A stretch of DNA of 43,440 bases from Escherichia coli (GTDB taxonomy: Bacteria > Pseudomonadota > Gammaproteobacteria > Enterobacterales > Enterobacteriaceae). The notes beneath the pieces were generated by a model that saw only the letters and a program-made list of their open reading frames with translations, made no database searches and had not been told where the DNA came from. Position numbers and translations under genes: made by a program. This document shows positions 29,058 through 39,311 of this stretch, piece by piece (position 1 is the stretch's first letter; every line of letters starts with the position of its first letter). The DNA lies in the NCBI RefSeq assembly GCF_003334255.1, contig NZ_QOWU01000048.1. One strand, given 5' to 3'.

Positions 29058-29082
29058 AAAAAATCCTTCAGAATTAGTAGTT

Positions 29083-30075
29083 TTACAGGAAGACACAGTT
29101 ACGTTTACGCCACATCAGGTAGCCGAAGTTTTTCTTTGTATTGGGCGGATTTTTCCCGGTTTCCCAGCGGGTCACACTGCGCCCGAACGGATGGCACTGT
29201 CCGCTGTCCGGGTACATATTCACCATCTGGTAACGCCAGCGTTCTTTGGGCAGGATTGGGGACGGATATTCATTACAGACGGCGTTATTTTTCCCGATGG
29301 TTTCCATAATCATGCCCTGACGGTGCAGCTTGAACGCCATGCGTTCACTGACCAGCAGGGAGGACTGCAACGGACTGGACTCATTACTCACCCAGCCATT
29401 GAACGGGTACATACTGCCCTGCGAACCGGCACACCAGAACAGAACATCGAGAGGCATATTAAAGGCGCTGGCAATGGCATCTGCTGCACAGGCCCCCTGT
29501 GCTATCGGATTGGCAAAGATGACAGCTTCCGGATTGAGAATGGTGGTCAGGCTGCTGTCCGTCCAGGTGGGGTCGATTTCAGAAAGATAAGCGATATCCA
29601 GGTCACCACCTTCCAGACAGCCCAGCGATGTGATGATGTTAAGCCAGTACGTCAGCGGGTATTTGTACCAGTGAACGTGATAGAACGCCCCGTTCACCTG
29701 CTTCTCATCCTTTTTCGCCGTTCCCTGTGCCGTTTTACCAAAAGCCGGCAGGCTGAAGCCCAGGTTAACCATGCATCCCGGTGATCGGGTGACGTCCGTC
29801 AGCGCCATCGGCTCCCAGTAACCAATGGCCAGCCCGATACGCCTGAACAGCGGCGGCGGTGCCGGACAAATCTGAATGGGCATCGACGGGTTCGCCGTGT
29901 CGGGGACCTTACCCTGACTGACTTTGATACTGCCCAGCGAGAGCGGGAAAATACAGCTCCAGCAGATATCCGTGATCGGGTTTACAAAACGCCCCTCACA
30001 GGCAGAATCCGCAGACGCTGCAGGGACATGACCGGCGAGAAGGAATAACATCAGCAGCCACAGGCTTCGCTTCAT
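29083..30075 (-). CDS. traU: TraU pilus assembly/DNA transfer protein, 330 aa
   Basis: Signal peptide (MKRSLWLLMLFLLAGHVPAASA), 330 aa, Cys/Trp-rich as in F TraU. Confidence 0.9.
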   Translation of the reverse strand: MKRSLWLLMLFLLAGHVPAASADSACEGRFVNPITDICWSCIFPLSLGSIKVSQGKVPDTANPSMPIQICPAPPPLFRRIGLAIGYWEPMALTDVTRSPGCMVNLGFSLPAFGKTAQGTAKKDEKQVNGAFYHVHWYKYPLTYWLNIITSLGCLEGGDLDIAYLSEIDPTWTDSSLTTILNPEAVIFANPIAQGACAADAIASAFNMPLDVLFWCAGSQGSMYPFNGWVSNESSPLQSSLLVSERMAFKLHRQGMIMETIGKNNAVCNEYPSPILPKERWRYQMVNMYPDSGQCHPFGRSVTRWETGKNPPNTKKNFGYLMWRKRNCVFL

Positions 30076-30704
30076 TTTCTGCCCTTCTCTGCCGGAATAA
30101 ATTCCACCTTCAGGAAGCGATCGCCGGGAACGGCGCTCACCCGTGCCGGGACCTGATCAATGCCGAGGCGCTGGCAGAGCACACCGTTCTGGTCAAAGTA
30201 AACACGGCTGTCCAGAGACTTCTGCATCTCCGGGATACTGCCCTGCACGAGGATAATTTTGCTCTCCAGTGTGGGCGGCGTCTGGCGTTTCATCCAGGCC
30301 ACCTGCGCCGGATCATCGCCATTGATGAAATACAGCGTCTGGTTAAAAGGCACATACTGCAGCGGATTCATCACTTCACCCTGACGGGCAAACACCCGCC
30401 CTTCGTTATCCCGGATATCCGCCGCCAGTCTGACGGACGGGTCAAACAACCGGCTGCTGTATTTCTCCGTGCGTCCGATACCGGGCACGGCAGGGGGCCG
30501 CAGACTGTTGCGGATCACCCGCTCCTTAAAGGCATCCATTTTCCGGCCCATCTCACCGGACTGCTCCAGTGCCGTCAGGCGCTGCATGATCACCGTCAGC
30601 ATGTCCGGCTCCTTTACCGGCCACAGATCGCCCCAGGTGCCAAGATCGGCGGCGGCCACACTCTGCCCCCATACCAGCAGGGCAATCAGCCCCCGGCATC
30701 TCAT
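30072..30704 (-). CDS. traW: TraW pilus assembly protein, 210 aa
   Basis: Start trimmed to MRCRGLIALLVWGQSVAAA (signal peptide), overlapping the trbI stop. ORF-track start at 30818 is an over-extension. Confidence 0.85.
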   Translation of the reverse strand: MRCRGLIALLVWGQSVAAADLGTWGDLWPVKEPDMLTVIMQRLTALEQSGEMGRKMDAFKERVIRNSLRPPAVPGIGRTEKYSSRLFDPSVRLAADIRDNEGRVFARQGEVMNPLQYVPFNQTLYFINGDDPAQVAWMKRQTPPTLESKIILVQGSIPEMQKSLDSRVYFDQNGVLCQRLGIDQVPARVSAVPGDRFLKVEFIPAEKGRK

Positions 30705-31087
30705 GGTTCCGCCCTCATTCGCCGGGCAATATCCTGCTGGATTTCCCGGGTGATATCCGGCGCTCCCTGTACCACGGCAGGCGACACCAGAATGACCGCG
30801 TGGTGTTTCTGCTGCCACGCCTGCAGGCTGGCTTCCAGTGCCGTGTTAAAACGCGCTGAAAGAGCTTTTGACTGTGCTTCTGACAGTTGTTTCTGACTGG
30901 CGCTGTCAAAAAATGCATCCACAGTCTGTTTCATGTTGAAGGCGGCAGTCACCGGTGCGTTCAGTCTGACAATGCCGTAACTGACGGCTGCGTTCAGTAA
31001 CACCATTGCCAGGCATCCCGGCACTGTCCACCACCAGTGGCTGCGTCGGGGGGCTGTAACATCAGTCGTTTTTTGCGTTGTGGTCAT
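30701..31087 (-). CDS. trbI: TrbI inner-membrane protein, 128 aa
   Basis: Size and position between traC and traW; single transmembrane segment near the N-terminus. Confidence 0.8.
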   Translation of the reverse strand: MTTTQKTTDVTAPRRSHWWWTVPGCLAMVLLNAAVSYGIVRLNAPVTAAFNMKQTVDAFFDSASQKQLSEAQSKALSARFNTALEASLQAWQQKHHAVILVSPAVVQGAPDITREIQQDIARRMRAEP

Positions 31088-33711
31088 GCAACACTCCTGT
31101 ATTTCTCATGTTCTTCCAGCCAGGCTTCCAGCGAAGCCATCTCCGGCCCTGACTTCTTCCACGCCAGCTGCCACACCGCCTCATGAATACTCAGCCCCTC
31201 TTTACGTTTCTGCTGCACAAACTCAAAATCCGGGCCGTCAGAGCTGTACATGGCGCGGCTTAACGGGTCCACAAACAGACGGTGCCAGGAGGAATGGTTT
31301 TCCACCTGCAGCAGGAAGGAACTGAACCACTGGTCTTTGGCTGCACCAAACTTACCAATCATGTCGCGCTGCAGTGGCAGGAACTGGTCCGGATACAGCT
31401 GGTTGTATTTCGCGAACTCCTTCGCACTCTGTTTGAGGATAATTTTGTAGGAGGAGTTACCCCATGCCGCGCGGGCAGCACTGGAGGCCTTGTCAGAGTC
31501 AAAGTCGACGATGTTCTGTGTGATGGTGATATAGGCACCGGTATGACGGCGGGCGGTACGGTAACCTTTCTCAATAAATTCACCGACCTTGTGATTTTTG
31601 AAGTCCAGCAGACGCCAGCCTTCATCAATGACGTTCAGTTTCTTGAGGTTACGCGGCGTGCGGTACATCCGGTTCTCAATGTAAATGATAAGGCTGAACA
31701 TCACCGCAACCAGCAGGGACGGACGGTCTTCCAGTCCGCCCAGCTCCAGCACCACCATTTTCGCATCATCCCGCAGGGACGGCTCATCGGAGTTGAAATA
31801 CTGGCCATAAGTGCCGTTAGCAGTGTACTGGTCAAGCAGCACAATCATTTCGTCCAGACGGCTGCGGATAGTCGGTGACTCTACATACTGGTCGTTATCA
31901 CGGGCGTTTTTCAGGAAATCCACCACATCATCGATGCGCGCCTTATTCTTTTTAGCCAGCCAGGAGGCCCTGACCGCCTGCAGCAGCAGACCTTCATGCA
32001 CTTCATCCAGGTTACCGTTGGGGCTGGCCATCACCGACAACTGGTCGCGGACACGCTCCGCTGACTGGTCAATATCGGTGATGTTCGCAAACGGGTTAAA
32101 ACGCAGGGTTTCACCGTCCAGATATACGCCCCCCATGTTCTCACACAGGGACTTGTAGCCATCCCCCATGTCGAACACCACGGCAAAGCCCCCGGAGTCC
32201 AGCACGCTGCGGATAAGTGGCTGTATCAGCCCGGTTTTACCGGCCCCGGAGGTGCCACAGACCGCCATGTTGTAGTTGGTGTTATTCATCCCCCGGAAGA
32301 AAATATCGATAAACGCCAGCTGGTTACGGTAGGTGGGTGCCAGCAGACCTGCCGGTGTCAGGGGGTTATCCGCCACTAACGGCATCAGGTTGGCCACATT
32401 AAAGCTCTCTGCGCGCTGTACCACTCCGGCCTCTTTCAGCTGTTTAAACAACCCTTTCCCGGCCATAAAGGGCAGACAGGTCAGGAAATTGCGCATGTGG
32501 TTAAAGCGCGGTGAAATCAGCTCAAAACCGTTTTTACGGAAGCTGTTCAGGATGTCCTGCTCCACTTCCAGCGCCGTTTCATTATTGTCCTTGCAGAATG
32601 CTGTGATGTTGAGGAAGTAGGACACGACAGAGGACTGACCGGAGCCCAGCCGCTGACGCAGTTCCCCCCACTCCTTCGCCTCTTTCTCCACGGACGGAAA
32701 CCATTTGGCATAGGAGGTCTTCGACTTTTTCTCCAGGTCCATGTACTTCAGGTTGGCTTCGCTGTGAGTTTTCACCTGGTCTTCCACCACCAGAGTCAGC
32801 GTCAGGATGAACGGACAGGAGATGGACAGTTCCGGGTTCAGCAGGTTGCTGTAGTTGTCGGCCATGTTCCACAGGAAGGCGATTTCCGGGTTACGGGCCA
32901 GATGGAAATTCAGGATGCGGGCCGTGCTGTTCCTGCCGTTCTCACGCAGGCCCAGCGTCAGGTAATCCGCCCGGACTTTCAGGTCAAAACTGTCCTCCAC
33001 ACACTGATAATTCAGATCAGAATACGGGTCCAGCTGACGTCTTTTCGGATACAGGGAGTCCGGGTTATGGTTAATCATCTCCCCGACAATATCGATAAAG
33101 GCCTGTGCATCCACCGCCTGTGTGGTGATACTGGCCCCCTGTAACGACGCCCGGATGATTTTCACCAGGTTTTCCATTTCCAGAATGTCGGCCCGGCTTT
33201 TTTTCTTCGAGGGAGAACAGTACGAGATAAACACCCGGTAATGGCGCAGGGTCAGGGGCAGATTCATTCCCTCCGGCAGCGGAAACTGTGTCGCTGCCGC
33301 GTTCATATAATAGGCACGGGTAATGGCGTTAAACCGTTCAGCCTGTTCACCTGACCAGGAGAACTCACGCAGCCCGTATTCAATCCTGTCACCAACAAGC
33401 TGACTGGACATCAGATGGATGCAGAACGGCACTCCGCGCGGCAGTTTGGTGCGCAGCATGTGGTCGAGCGCCTCCACAATGGACTCATTCGCCCCATTGA
33501 TGGGAATGGCTTCCAGCATAAAGCCCATCGTGGTGTCATTCATGAACAGACCGGATTCCTGGTTGTAATCACGGTACGGCAGCAGACGGCTGAACTGCGG
33601 GAAGCTCATTTCGCCCAGAACTTCATTGGCCTTTGCGGATTCGTCAGGCAGTTTCAGTGCTGTGACGAGGGAGTTAACCGCCTGAGTGACGGCCTCAAGT
33701 GGGTTATTCAC
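31084..33711 (-). CDS. traC: TraC VirB4-family type IV secretion ATPase, 875 aa
   Basis: 875 aa as in F TraC. Walker A 'GTSGAGKTG' and Walker B-like 'VVFDMGDG'. Confidence 0.95.
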   Translation of the reverse strand: MNNPLEAVTQAVNSLVTALKLPDESAKANEVLGEMSFPQFSRLLPYRDYNQESGLFMNDTTMGFMLEAIPINGANESIVEALDHMLRTKLPRGVPFCIHLMSSQLVGDRIEYGLREFSWSGEQAERFNAITRAYYMNAAATQFPLPEGMNLPLTLRHYRVFISYCSPSKKKSRADILEMENLVKIIRASLQGASITTQAVDAQAFIDIVGEMINHNPDSLYPKRRQLDPYSDLNYQCVEDSFDLKVRADYLTLGLRENGRNSTARILNFHLARNPEIAFLWNMADNYSNLLNPELSISCPFILTLTLVVEDQVKTHSEANLKYMDLEKKSKTSYAKWFPSVEKEAKEWGELRQRLGSGQSSVVSYFLNITAFCKDNNETALEVEQDILNSFRKNGFELISPRFNHMRNFLTCLPFMAGKGLFKQLKEAGVVQRAESFNVANLMPLVADNPLTPAGLLAPTYRNQLAFIDIFFRGMNNTNYNMAVCGTSGAGKTGLIQPLIRSVLDSGGFAVVFDMGDGYKSLCENMGGVYLDGETLRFNPFANITDIDQSAERVRDQLSVMASPNGNLDEVHEGLLLQAVRASWLAKKNKARIDDVVDFLKNARDNDQYVESPTIRSRLDEMIVLLDQYTANGTYGQYFNSDEPSLRDDAKMVVLELGGLEDRPSLLVAVMFSLIIYIENRMYRTPRNLKKLNVIDEGWRLLDFKNHKVGEFIEKGYRTARRHTGAYITITQNIVDFDSDKASSAARAAWGNSSYKIILKQSAKEFAKYNQLYPDQFLPLQRDMIGKFGAAKDQWFSSFLLQVENHSSWHRLFVDPLSRAMYSSDGPDFEFVQQKRKEGLSIHEAVWQLAWKKSGPEMASLEAWLEEHEKYRSVA

Positions 33712-33870
33712 ATGAATTCCTTAGTTGAAAAATAAAGCGAGAAATGCGGTAGCCATGAAGGGAATACCTGTAATTAACGCGCCATTTCCCGGCGCATATA
33801 CAAAGATTTCTGTTTTCTGAATATCCACTCATGTTCATCCGGAGTTAAATCACTATGTTCTGCGACTGAC

Positions 33871-34092
33871 TTATGCATAATGTTTTCTCTGTCTTTCCTG
33901 ATACGCCTGACATTCAACGCACAACGTCACACCGGGAAATATTTTCCGCCGGGCTTCCGGAACAGGATTTCCGCATGCTTCACAGAGATAAACAGGAATA
34001 CCATGAGCATTTATTTTCTGGCGTATCCGGTTTATTCCTGTCATGGTCAGTTGTTCTGTCACTGAATATGCTTCATCGGCTTCATCACTCAC
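33871..34092 (-). CDS. traR: TraR DksA/TraR-family C4 zinc-finger protein, 73 aa
   Basis: MSDEADEAYSVTEQLTMTGINRIRQKINAHGIPVYLCEACGNPVPEARRKIFPGVTLCVECQAYQERQRKHYA matches F TraR nearly exactly; CxxC...CxxC. Confidence 0.9.
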   Translation of the reverse strand: MSDEADEAYSVTEQLTMTGINRIRQKINAHGIPVYLCEACGNPVPEARRKIFPGVTLCVECQAYQERQRKHYA

Positions 34093-34226
34093 GGAATATT
34101 CCTCCCGACATGTTCTGACACGCTACCGCCCATCCCTTTTCACGCACAGGGCACTCGTTTTACAGGCAGATTTTGAATACAGAAAGCCCGCCGGCATTGC
34201 CGGCTGATATACAACTTCAGGGCCAG

Positions 34227-34742
34227 TTAATTAATACGTGGTTTTCCCCACGCAGACGGTTTAATAACAAAAAACACGCTGGATGGCTGATGATAAACAT
34301 CCTGATTATCAATATAAGGCGCTATCCATAATGCAGCCGTCTGCTCACCCGTTCTTAGCGGACGAGGAGGTGTTACCGGCGCAACTGAACTGACCGGAAC
34401 AATCGTTTTCACTTCCCGGGCAGCGGTAAACAGCGGGCGTGGTGCCAGCAGTTTCTGCTCCGGATGTGCTGTCACCGCAGGTCTGCTGCCGGACGGAGTG
34501 GTCGCGGTGACGGTCTGCACCGGCATTGTCCGGAAGTTCCCTTCAGCCAGGCGCGGCAGTGATGCCGCAACCGGCTTTGCTTCTGAGGACTGCTCCAGTT
34601 TTTTGGCCTTCTCATTGGCCTGCTCCATCGTCATACAGGTATCGGATGTGGTGGCGTTACACTCAAATTCCGTACTGGTTCCGGCACAGCCGGAAAGTAA
34701 TAAGGTCCCCAGCAGAGGAATAAATAAAGAAATCTGTTTCAC
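34227..34742 (-). CDS. traV: TraV outer-membrane lipoprotein, 171 aa
   Basis: Lipobox 'LLSGCAG', 171 aa, Pro/Thr-rich; matches F TraV. Confidence 0.85.
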   Translation of the reverse strand: MKQISLFIPLLGTLLLSGCAGTSTEFECNATTSDTCMTMEQANEKAKKLEQSSEAKPVAASLPRLAEGNFRTMPVQTVTATTPSGSRPAVTAHPEQKLLAPRPLFTAAREVKTIVPVSSVAPVTPPRPLRTGEQTAALWIAPYIDNQDVYHQPSSVFFVIKPSAWGKPRIN

Positions 34743-34990
34743 TGTCCCTCACCTTTCTCATCGCAGTTCACAAAATCATTCTTCAAATCCCTGACCGTAC
34801 AGGTTTTTACAATGTCAGGATTTTCAAAAACCGTATTCCGTGATGATTTATAAACATATGCCACAATGCGTTTCCCACCCGCATCAGGCTCTGGTGCACT
34901 GACTTCACATAACGGAGGTGTTATTCCGGACTCATACAGCACCGGATAATTTATTTTTTTGACGCTGCCATCAGAAACCAGCTTATTCAT
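34739..34990 (-). CDS. trbG: TrbG, 83 aa
   Basis: Size and position between trbD and traV, with overlapping stop/start junctions. Confidence 0.6.
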   Translation of the reverse strand: MNKLVSDGSVKKINYPVLYESGITPPLCEVSAPEPDAGGKRIVAYVYKSSRNTVFENPDIVKTCTVRDLKNDFVNCDEKGEGQ

Positions 34991-35304
34991 CGAATGGGTT
35001 CCTTATATTTCTGAATAATTCTGTCGATTAGTTCTTTCACCGGAACAGATTTTCCGCCACCGGATTGTCCGGCAACCACAATATGCCCCGGAGAAGAAAA
35101 TAAACGCATCGACATTCCCTCCTTCATCACACCGACAGCAGCCATATTAAAATTGTGCGGCAATGATTCAGAACTGAATTCCTTCGGTGCAGGAAGGACG
35201 ATTCTTGTGGTGCAGTTACTGAGAACAGCATGCATAAAATCATCTGACACGGTTTTACCCGGCACAGAAAGGGCTGTAATAACATTAATATTACGCATGT
35301 TCAT
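34987..35304 (-). CDS. trbD: TrbD-region ORF (ORF-track extent 105 aa; true start probably internal)
   Basis: Occupies the trbD slot between traP and trbG. F TrbD is about 65 aa, so the start is likely an internal Met. Confidence 0.5.
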   Translation of the reverse strand: MNMRNINVITALSVPGKTVSDDFMHAVLSNCTTRIVLPAPKEFSSESLPHNFNMAAVGVMKEGMSMRLFSSPGHIVVAGQSGGGKSVPVKELIDRIIQKYKEPIR

Positions 35305-35876
35305 TTTTCTCCGTTGTTTCTGATTGTTCTGTCATCGGGGAAATAAACATGGCATTCCCTGATTTTTCCCGGCAGGGAAGTGTCTTCTGCAAGAACTTCC
35401 TTCAGACGCTCATCTGCTGTTGCCACACGGACACATTTCATTTTTCCGGGTCGCACCGGATATTTCCCGGTGCCTGCCGCAAACGACATATACATAAGTG
35501 CCAGCGTTGCCCAGAATGCGGTGACCAGTTGCATCAGTGACCGGTCAGTCTCCCTGACATAATCTGCAGCATCAGCAGCACGGTAACGGCAGATTTTCTC
35601 TTCTGCTCCTGGAAGATCATGCAGAGAAGGCAAACATTCTCTTACAGGAAACTGCCCGGCAGGGGCTGTTTGTCTTACGAAGTCAATTTCCTGAACCAGT
35701 AATTTTCCTGGTGTGGTGTTGTCCTTCCATAAAACAAACAGAGCCATCAGGGCCATTGTGGCCAGTGGCAGAATGACGGCGTATTTCAGACACCAGAACA
35801 GTCCTCGCAGAACCCGGGCGACAACATACCGGGCGGCATGGCCCGCCTGACGGGACGACGTATTATTTGCCATCAT
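35301..35876 (-). CDS. traP: TraP inner-membrane pilus-stabilising protein, 191 aa
   Basis: Position after traB, membrane-spanning segments, size close to F TraP (about 196 aa). Confidence 0.7.
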   Translation of the reverse strand: MMANNTSSRQAGHAARYVVARVLRGLFWCLKYAVILPLATMALMALFVLWKDNTTPGKLLVQEIDFVRQTAPAGQFPVRECLPSLHDLPGAEEKICRYRAADAADYVRETDRSLMQLVTAFWATLALMYMSFAAGTGKYPVRPGKMKCVRVATADERLKEVLAEDTSLPGKIRECHVYFPDDRTIRNNGEK

Positions 35877-37290
35877 TGCCCCCTCCCTGACTGCCGGACA
35901 TAAACTGCTGCGGATTCAGGTTGCCCAGCTGCTTCAGCATCTGGTCAGTATTAAAGCCGTTAAGATGACTTTCAGCTGATGGCGGAACAGGAACCGGACT
36001 TTCCGGATTGTCTTCTTCCGCTCTGCTCTGCGTGCGTTCCAGCGCCATCTCTTCCACGGTTTTCAGCTGGAAGCCGTCCTGGAACACCACTGTCACTTCG
36101 TTGCCCGCACCAATCGGTATCACCGGGTGATACTGTTCGGCACGTTTGATGTAGTAGTCACTGAGCGTCTGTGCGGCTTTCGATGCGCCGCCACCGATAC
36201 CCATTTTAAGGACATCGCCGGCCCCGTAAGCAGCAGTGGCACCCAGCCCGACAGCCGGCTGGGAGGCGCGCTCCATTCCCTGACCGATACCGTCAACAAA
36301 TCCCGCGCCCCATGCCCAGCCGAGGATTTTGCCGTTACGCATCACCACTTCGCCCTTGATACCGTTTTTACCCCGGAAGCTGACATGCCCCTTAATCGGC
36401 ATATCAATAGTTTTGCCGTCCTTCAGGCAACTGATATTGCGGGTGCGTACAATGGCACGCTCACTGGACACATCCCCCCAGGCTTCCAGACCCACAAAAC
36501 ATCCCGTTGCGTCATACGTCTTGCTGTTCGGCATTTCCACCAGGCCGGTGATACGCAGCTGCATCGGCACCGTGGATTCATTACCGGTGACAGAGGCATT
36601 GGCATCCGCCCCTTCAATCAGCATGGCTTTCGCAAAACTTCCTGACGGAATGTACGGCAGTGATGGTCCCTGTTTTCCCTCATTACGGGTAAACACCTTA
36701 CGCTGTATCCGGTTAGGCACCGGCACAGACTGGTACGTCACCTGTGGTGGTGGCGTGACACCATTCCCGGGATAAAACGCCGTCGGCGGTGGAACAGCAA
36801 CGCTGCCCTGCGGCGGGAAGGATACGGGGGTGTTTCCTGGCTGTGGTTCGCCTTCCGGGCCGGGCGGTGAGGCAGGCATCTGCGGTACAGGCTCACCGGT
36901 CGCCGTGACGGGATTAGCACCCAGGGCTTTTACCTGCTCTGCCAGGGCGGCATTGTCCTGTCCCAGCTTTTCAATACGACGCTGGTCATCACCGCGCTGT
37001 TTGTTCAGAACATCCAGCTCACGACGGATTTCCTCATACTGCTTCTGCATCTGCGCTGCCGTCACCTGCATCTCTGTGGTGGCATGCTGACGCACCTTGT
37101 CATCAAAGGTCGTATCCACCACACCGGTCATATCCGGCACAGGCTCCTGTTCAGCCACGGTTTCACCGTTACCGGATATGTCCACATCAGACAGATACAG
37201 TGCCCCACCAATCGCGGAGGCTGTACCGACAACCACAATCCCCAGCCACAGGTACTGCTTGCGTTTCACAATGGTATTGATACTGGCCAT
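35863..37290 (-). CDS. traB: TraB (VirB10-like) inner-membrane channel protein, 475 aa
   Basis: 475 aa as in F TraB: N-terminal transmembrane segment, coiled-coil, Pro-rich linker and C-terminal VirB10-like domain. Confidence 0.9.
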   Translation of the reverse strand: MASINTIVKRKQYLWLGIVVVGTASAIGGALYLSDVDISGNGETVAEQEPVPDMTGVVDTTFDDKVRQHATTEMQVTAAQMQKQYEEIRRELDVLNKQRGDDQRRIEKLGQDNAALAEQVKALGANPVTATGEPVPQMPASPPGPEGEPQPGNTPVSFPPQGSVAVPPPTAFYPGNGVTPPPQVTYQSVPVPNRIQRKVFTRNEGKQGPSLPYIPSGSFAKAMLIEGADANASVTGNESTVPMQLRITGLVEMPNSKTYDATGCFVGLEAWGDVSSERAIVRTRNISCLKDGKTIDMPIKGHVSFRGKNGIKGEVVMRNGKILGWAWGAGFVDGIGQGMERASQPAVGLGATAAYGAGDVLKMGIGGGASKAAQTLSDYYIKRAEQYHPVIPIGAGNEVTVVFQDGFQLKTVEEMALERTQSRAEEDNPESPVPVPPSAESHLNGFNTDQMLKQLGNLNPQQFMSGSQGGGNDGK

Positions 37291-38018
37291 CAGTTGCCCT
37301 CCCCGTCACGGATGACATACACATCCATGCGCGCACCTGCCAGTAACTGGCTGGCAGGCTGGCTGAACATCACGGCACGGGTTCCCGGCTGCCAGAAGTC
37401 ACTTTCCCGGATATTCAGGGCAGACAGCGTTTTATTTTCCACGGCAAAGCGGACCATCTTCAGGTGATTCCCCGTCCATACGGCATCTGCCACTGAAGAC
37501 AGCCCCGCCGGGGCCTGCAGGGTTTCCTTTGTCACTGGGACCTGATACCAGCCTGCGGGTAATTTTCCGCCACGGACAGCCTGGCTGATGGTCACAAGCA
37601 GGGATTCGTAAGGCGTGGACGTTTCCCACGCTCCGGCTTCTTCTCCGGTTCCGCGCAGGTCACTGACCAGCTGAATGGTACGCCCCGCGCCTTCACGGGG
37701 AACGGCCTGAATGGAAAGATTCAGACCACGTTCTGTTTCCAGAATGAACGTAAAGGGCTTTTTGTTGACGGTGGCAACCACCACACCGCCGGAGGCGGTC
37801 TGCTCATTATTGGTCAGGGCACCATCCAGACTGTTCACGGCGATAATCCGGTCACCGGGAACGGTAAACAGATTCGGGCTGGTATTGCTGATGGCAATAC
37901 TGGCCTGACCACCGTTCACCATTGGCACCACGGTGGGGGCCAGCGTACCGTTTGCGGCCATCACGCTGCAGGAAAAAAACAGGCTGCCGAATATTATTGC
38001 CGTATTATTTTTTCTCAT
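37290..38018 (-). CDS. traK: TraK (VirB9/secretin-like) periplasmic protein, 242 aa
   Basis: Signal peptide, 242 aa, position between traE and traB. Confidence 0.9.
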   Translation of the reverse strand: MRKNNTAIIFGSLFFSCSVMAANGTLAPTVVPMVNGGQASIAISNTSPNLFTVPGDRIIAVNSLDGALTNNEQTASGGVVVATVNKKPFTFILETERGLNLSIQAVPREGAGRTIQLVSDLRGTGEEAGAWETSTPYESLLVTISQAVRGGKLPAGWYQVPVTKETLQAPAGLSSVADAVWTGNHLKMVRFAVENKTLSALNIRESDFWQPGTRAVMFSQPASQLLAGARMDVYVIRDGEGN

Positions 38019-38571
38019 CGTCTGTTTCCCCGAAATTATCCAGCCAGGTCACCCCGTTTTCCCGCTTCAGAATAAGGATGTAATGTTTGATATCAGTGAA
38101 AGGTTTTGAATCACCAATCCAGGTTTTAAGCACACCTCGAATTTCCACACGGCCATACTGAGGCCAGACACGAACACTGGTCTGGAAAAAGGCTGAGTTC
38201 ACGTTATCGTTTTTAATACGCTTCGCTTCTTCAGCCAGAATAACTTTCATCTGGTTCTGTGCACCCGGGCGGATATATTGCAGAAGCGCCTGATGTGAGG
38301 CATCGACGGTTTCTGATGAAACATTCAGACGGAGGGCAATAAATGACAGCGCCATCTGCTGTAAATAAGAGGCGTCGGCACTGTTCTGTGACACGGCAAA
38401 GGGGGCATTAAATGCCATTGGCGTCACGGCAGTGCGTTGCTCATTCTGAAGACGGTAGTTATTCACCCCCTGAATGACGTTAACAGAGAGGCTGAGAACA
38501 ATAAGCACTGACATAAATATAAAGGCGATGGCCATTACACGACTGGTACTTAAACGGGCACCGTGTTCCAT
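38005..38571 (-). CDS. traE: TraE (VirB5/8-like) inner-membrane protein, 188 aa
   Basis: 188 aa with N-terminal transmembrane anchor, as in F TraE. Confidence 0.9.
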   Translation of the reverse strand: MEHGARLSTSRVMAIAFIFMSVLIVLSLSVNVIQGVNNYRLQNEQRTAVTPMAFNAPFAVSQNSADASYLQQMALSFIALRLNVSSETVDASHQALLQYIRPGAQNQMKVILAEEAKRIKNDNVNSAFFQTSVRVWPQYGRVEIRGVLKTWIGDSKPFTDIKHYILILKRENGVTWLDNFGETDDEKK

Positions 38572-38592
38572 ATAACAATCCTGGTATCAGTT

Positions 38593-38904
38593 CTATTTAA
38601 TCCACTGCCGGAAACACGAATCGGGAACATTATGAAAAATACCGCGCAGCAGGGCTGTTGGCATATACCAGTAAATCAGGTCACGTAACCAGGAACTGCC
38701 CCGCCCTTTTTTCAGTTTTTTAATCCCGAAATAAACCAGAACCGCTGCACCAATACCGAACAGATATTTCGATGTTGTGATACCCCAGCCAATACAGATT
38801 GCTGCGGGGATCAGTTCATCCAGTGGCAGGCCAAACCAGCGGCTCTGGTTGGTCAGTGTTTCCGGGAAACGATATTTCTTAAGTTTATTCTCGTCTCCCG
38901 ACAT
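38593..38904 (-). CDS. traL: TraL (VirB3-like) membrane protein, 103 aa
   Basis: [41 protein letters not shown]... in the position following traA. Confidence 0.85.
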
Positions 38905-38918
38905 CGTTTTATTTCCTG

Positions 38919-39278
38919 TCAGAGGCCAACGACGGCCATACCCACAGCAATAAATACAGAGATGATGGCAAAACCGGCCAGGAACTTGACGTTTTTGGTC
39001 ATCATGTACATGACCGCACCGACCAGAACTTCAGCCAGAACGACCCATTTAACAACACTGGAGTCCTTACCGAAGGTCGCCTTAACCGTGGTGTTACCGC
39101 TTGCCATCAGGTCCTGGCCCTGTGCTGCCATTGCCAGTTGCGGGAAGAACATCATCAGAACAGCAGCCGGGATCACAGCGCGAGCCAGGCGAAGCATATT
39201 CAGACGAGTGAATTTAGAAAAAAACGACTTCTTTTTGACGGGCGCAGAAGCACCCTGAACACTTAAAACGGCGTCCAT
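38919..39278 (-). CDS. traA: TraA propilin (F-type pilin precursor), 119 aa
   Basis: [51 protein letters not shown] | [33 protein letters not shown]... Long leader and mature pilin match F TraA, but the mature N-terminus is AQGQDL... rather than F-type AGSSGQDL... (a pilin serotype variant). Confidence 0.9.
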
Positions 39279-39311
39279 ATGATTCCTCTGTTTAATATTG
39301 ATAGATAAAAA

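Noticed and set aside
31282-31878. 198-aa plus-strand ORF inside traC, and similar plus-strand ORFs inside traG, traH, traN, traU and traB
   Set aside because: All are antisense overlaps within long, well-supported minus-strand tra genes.
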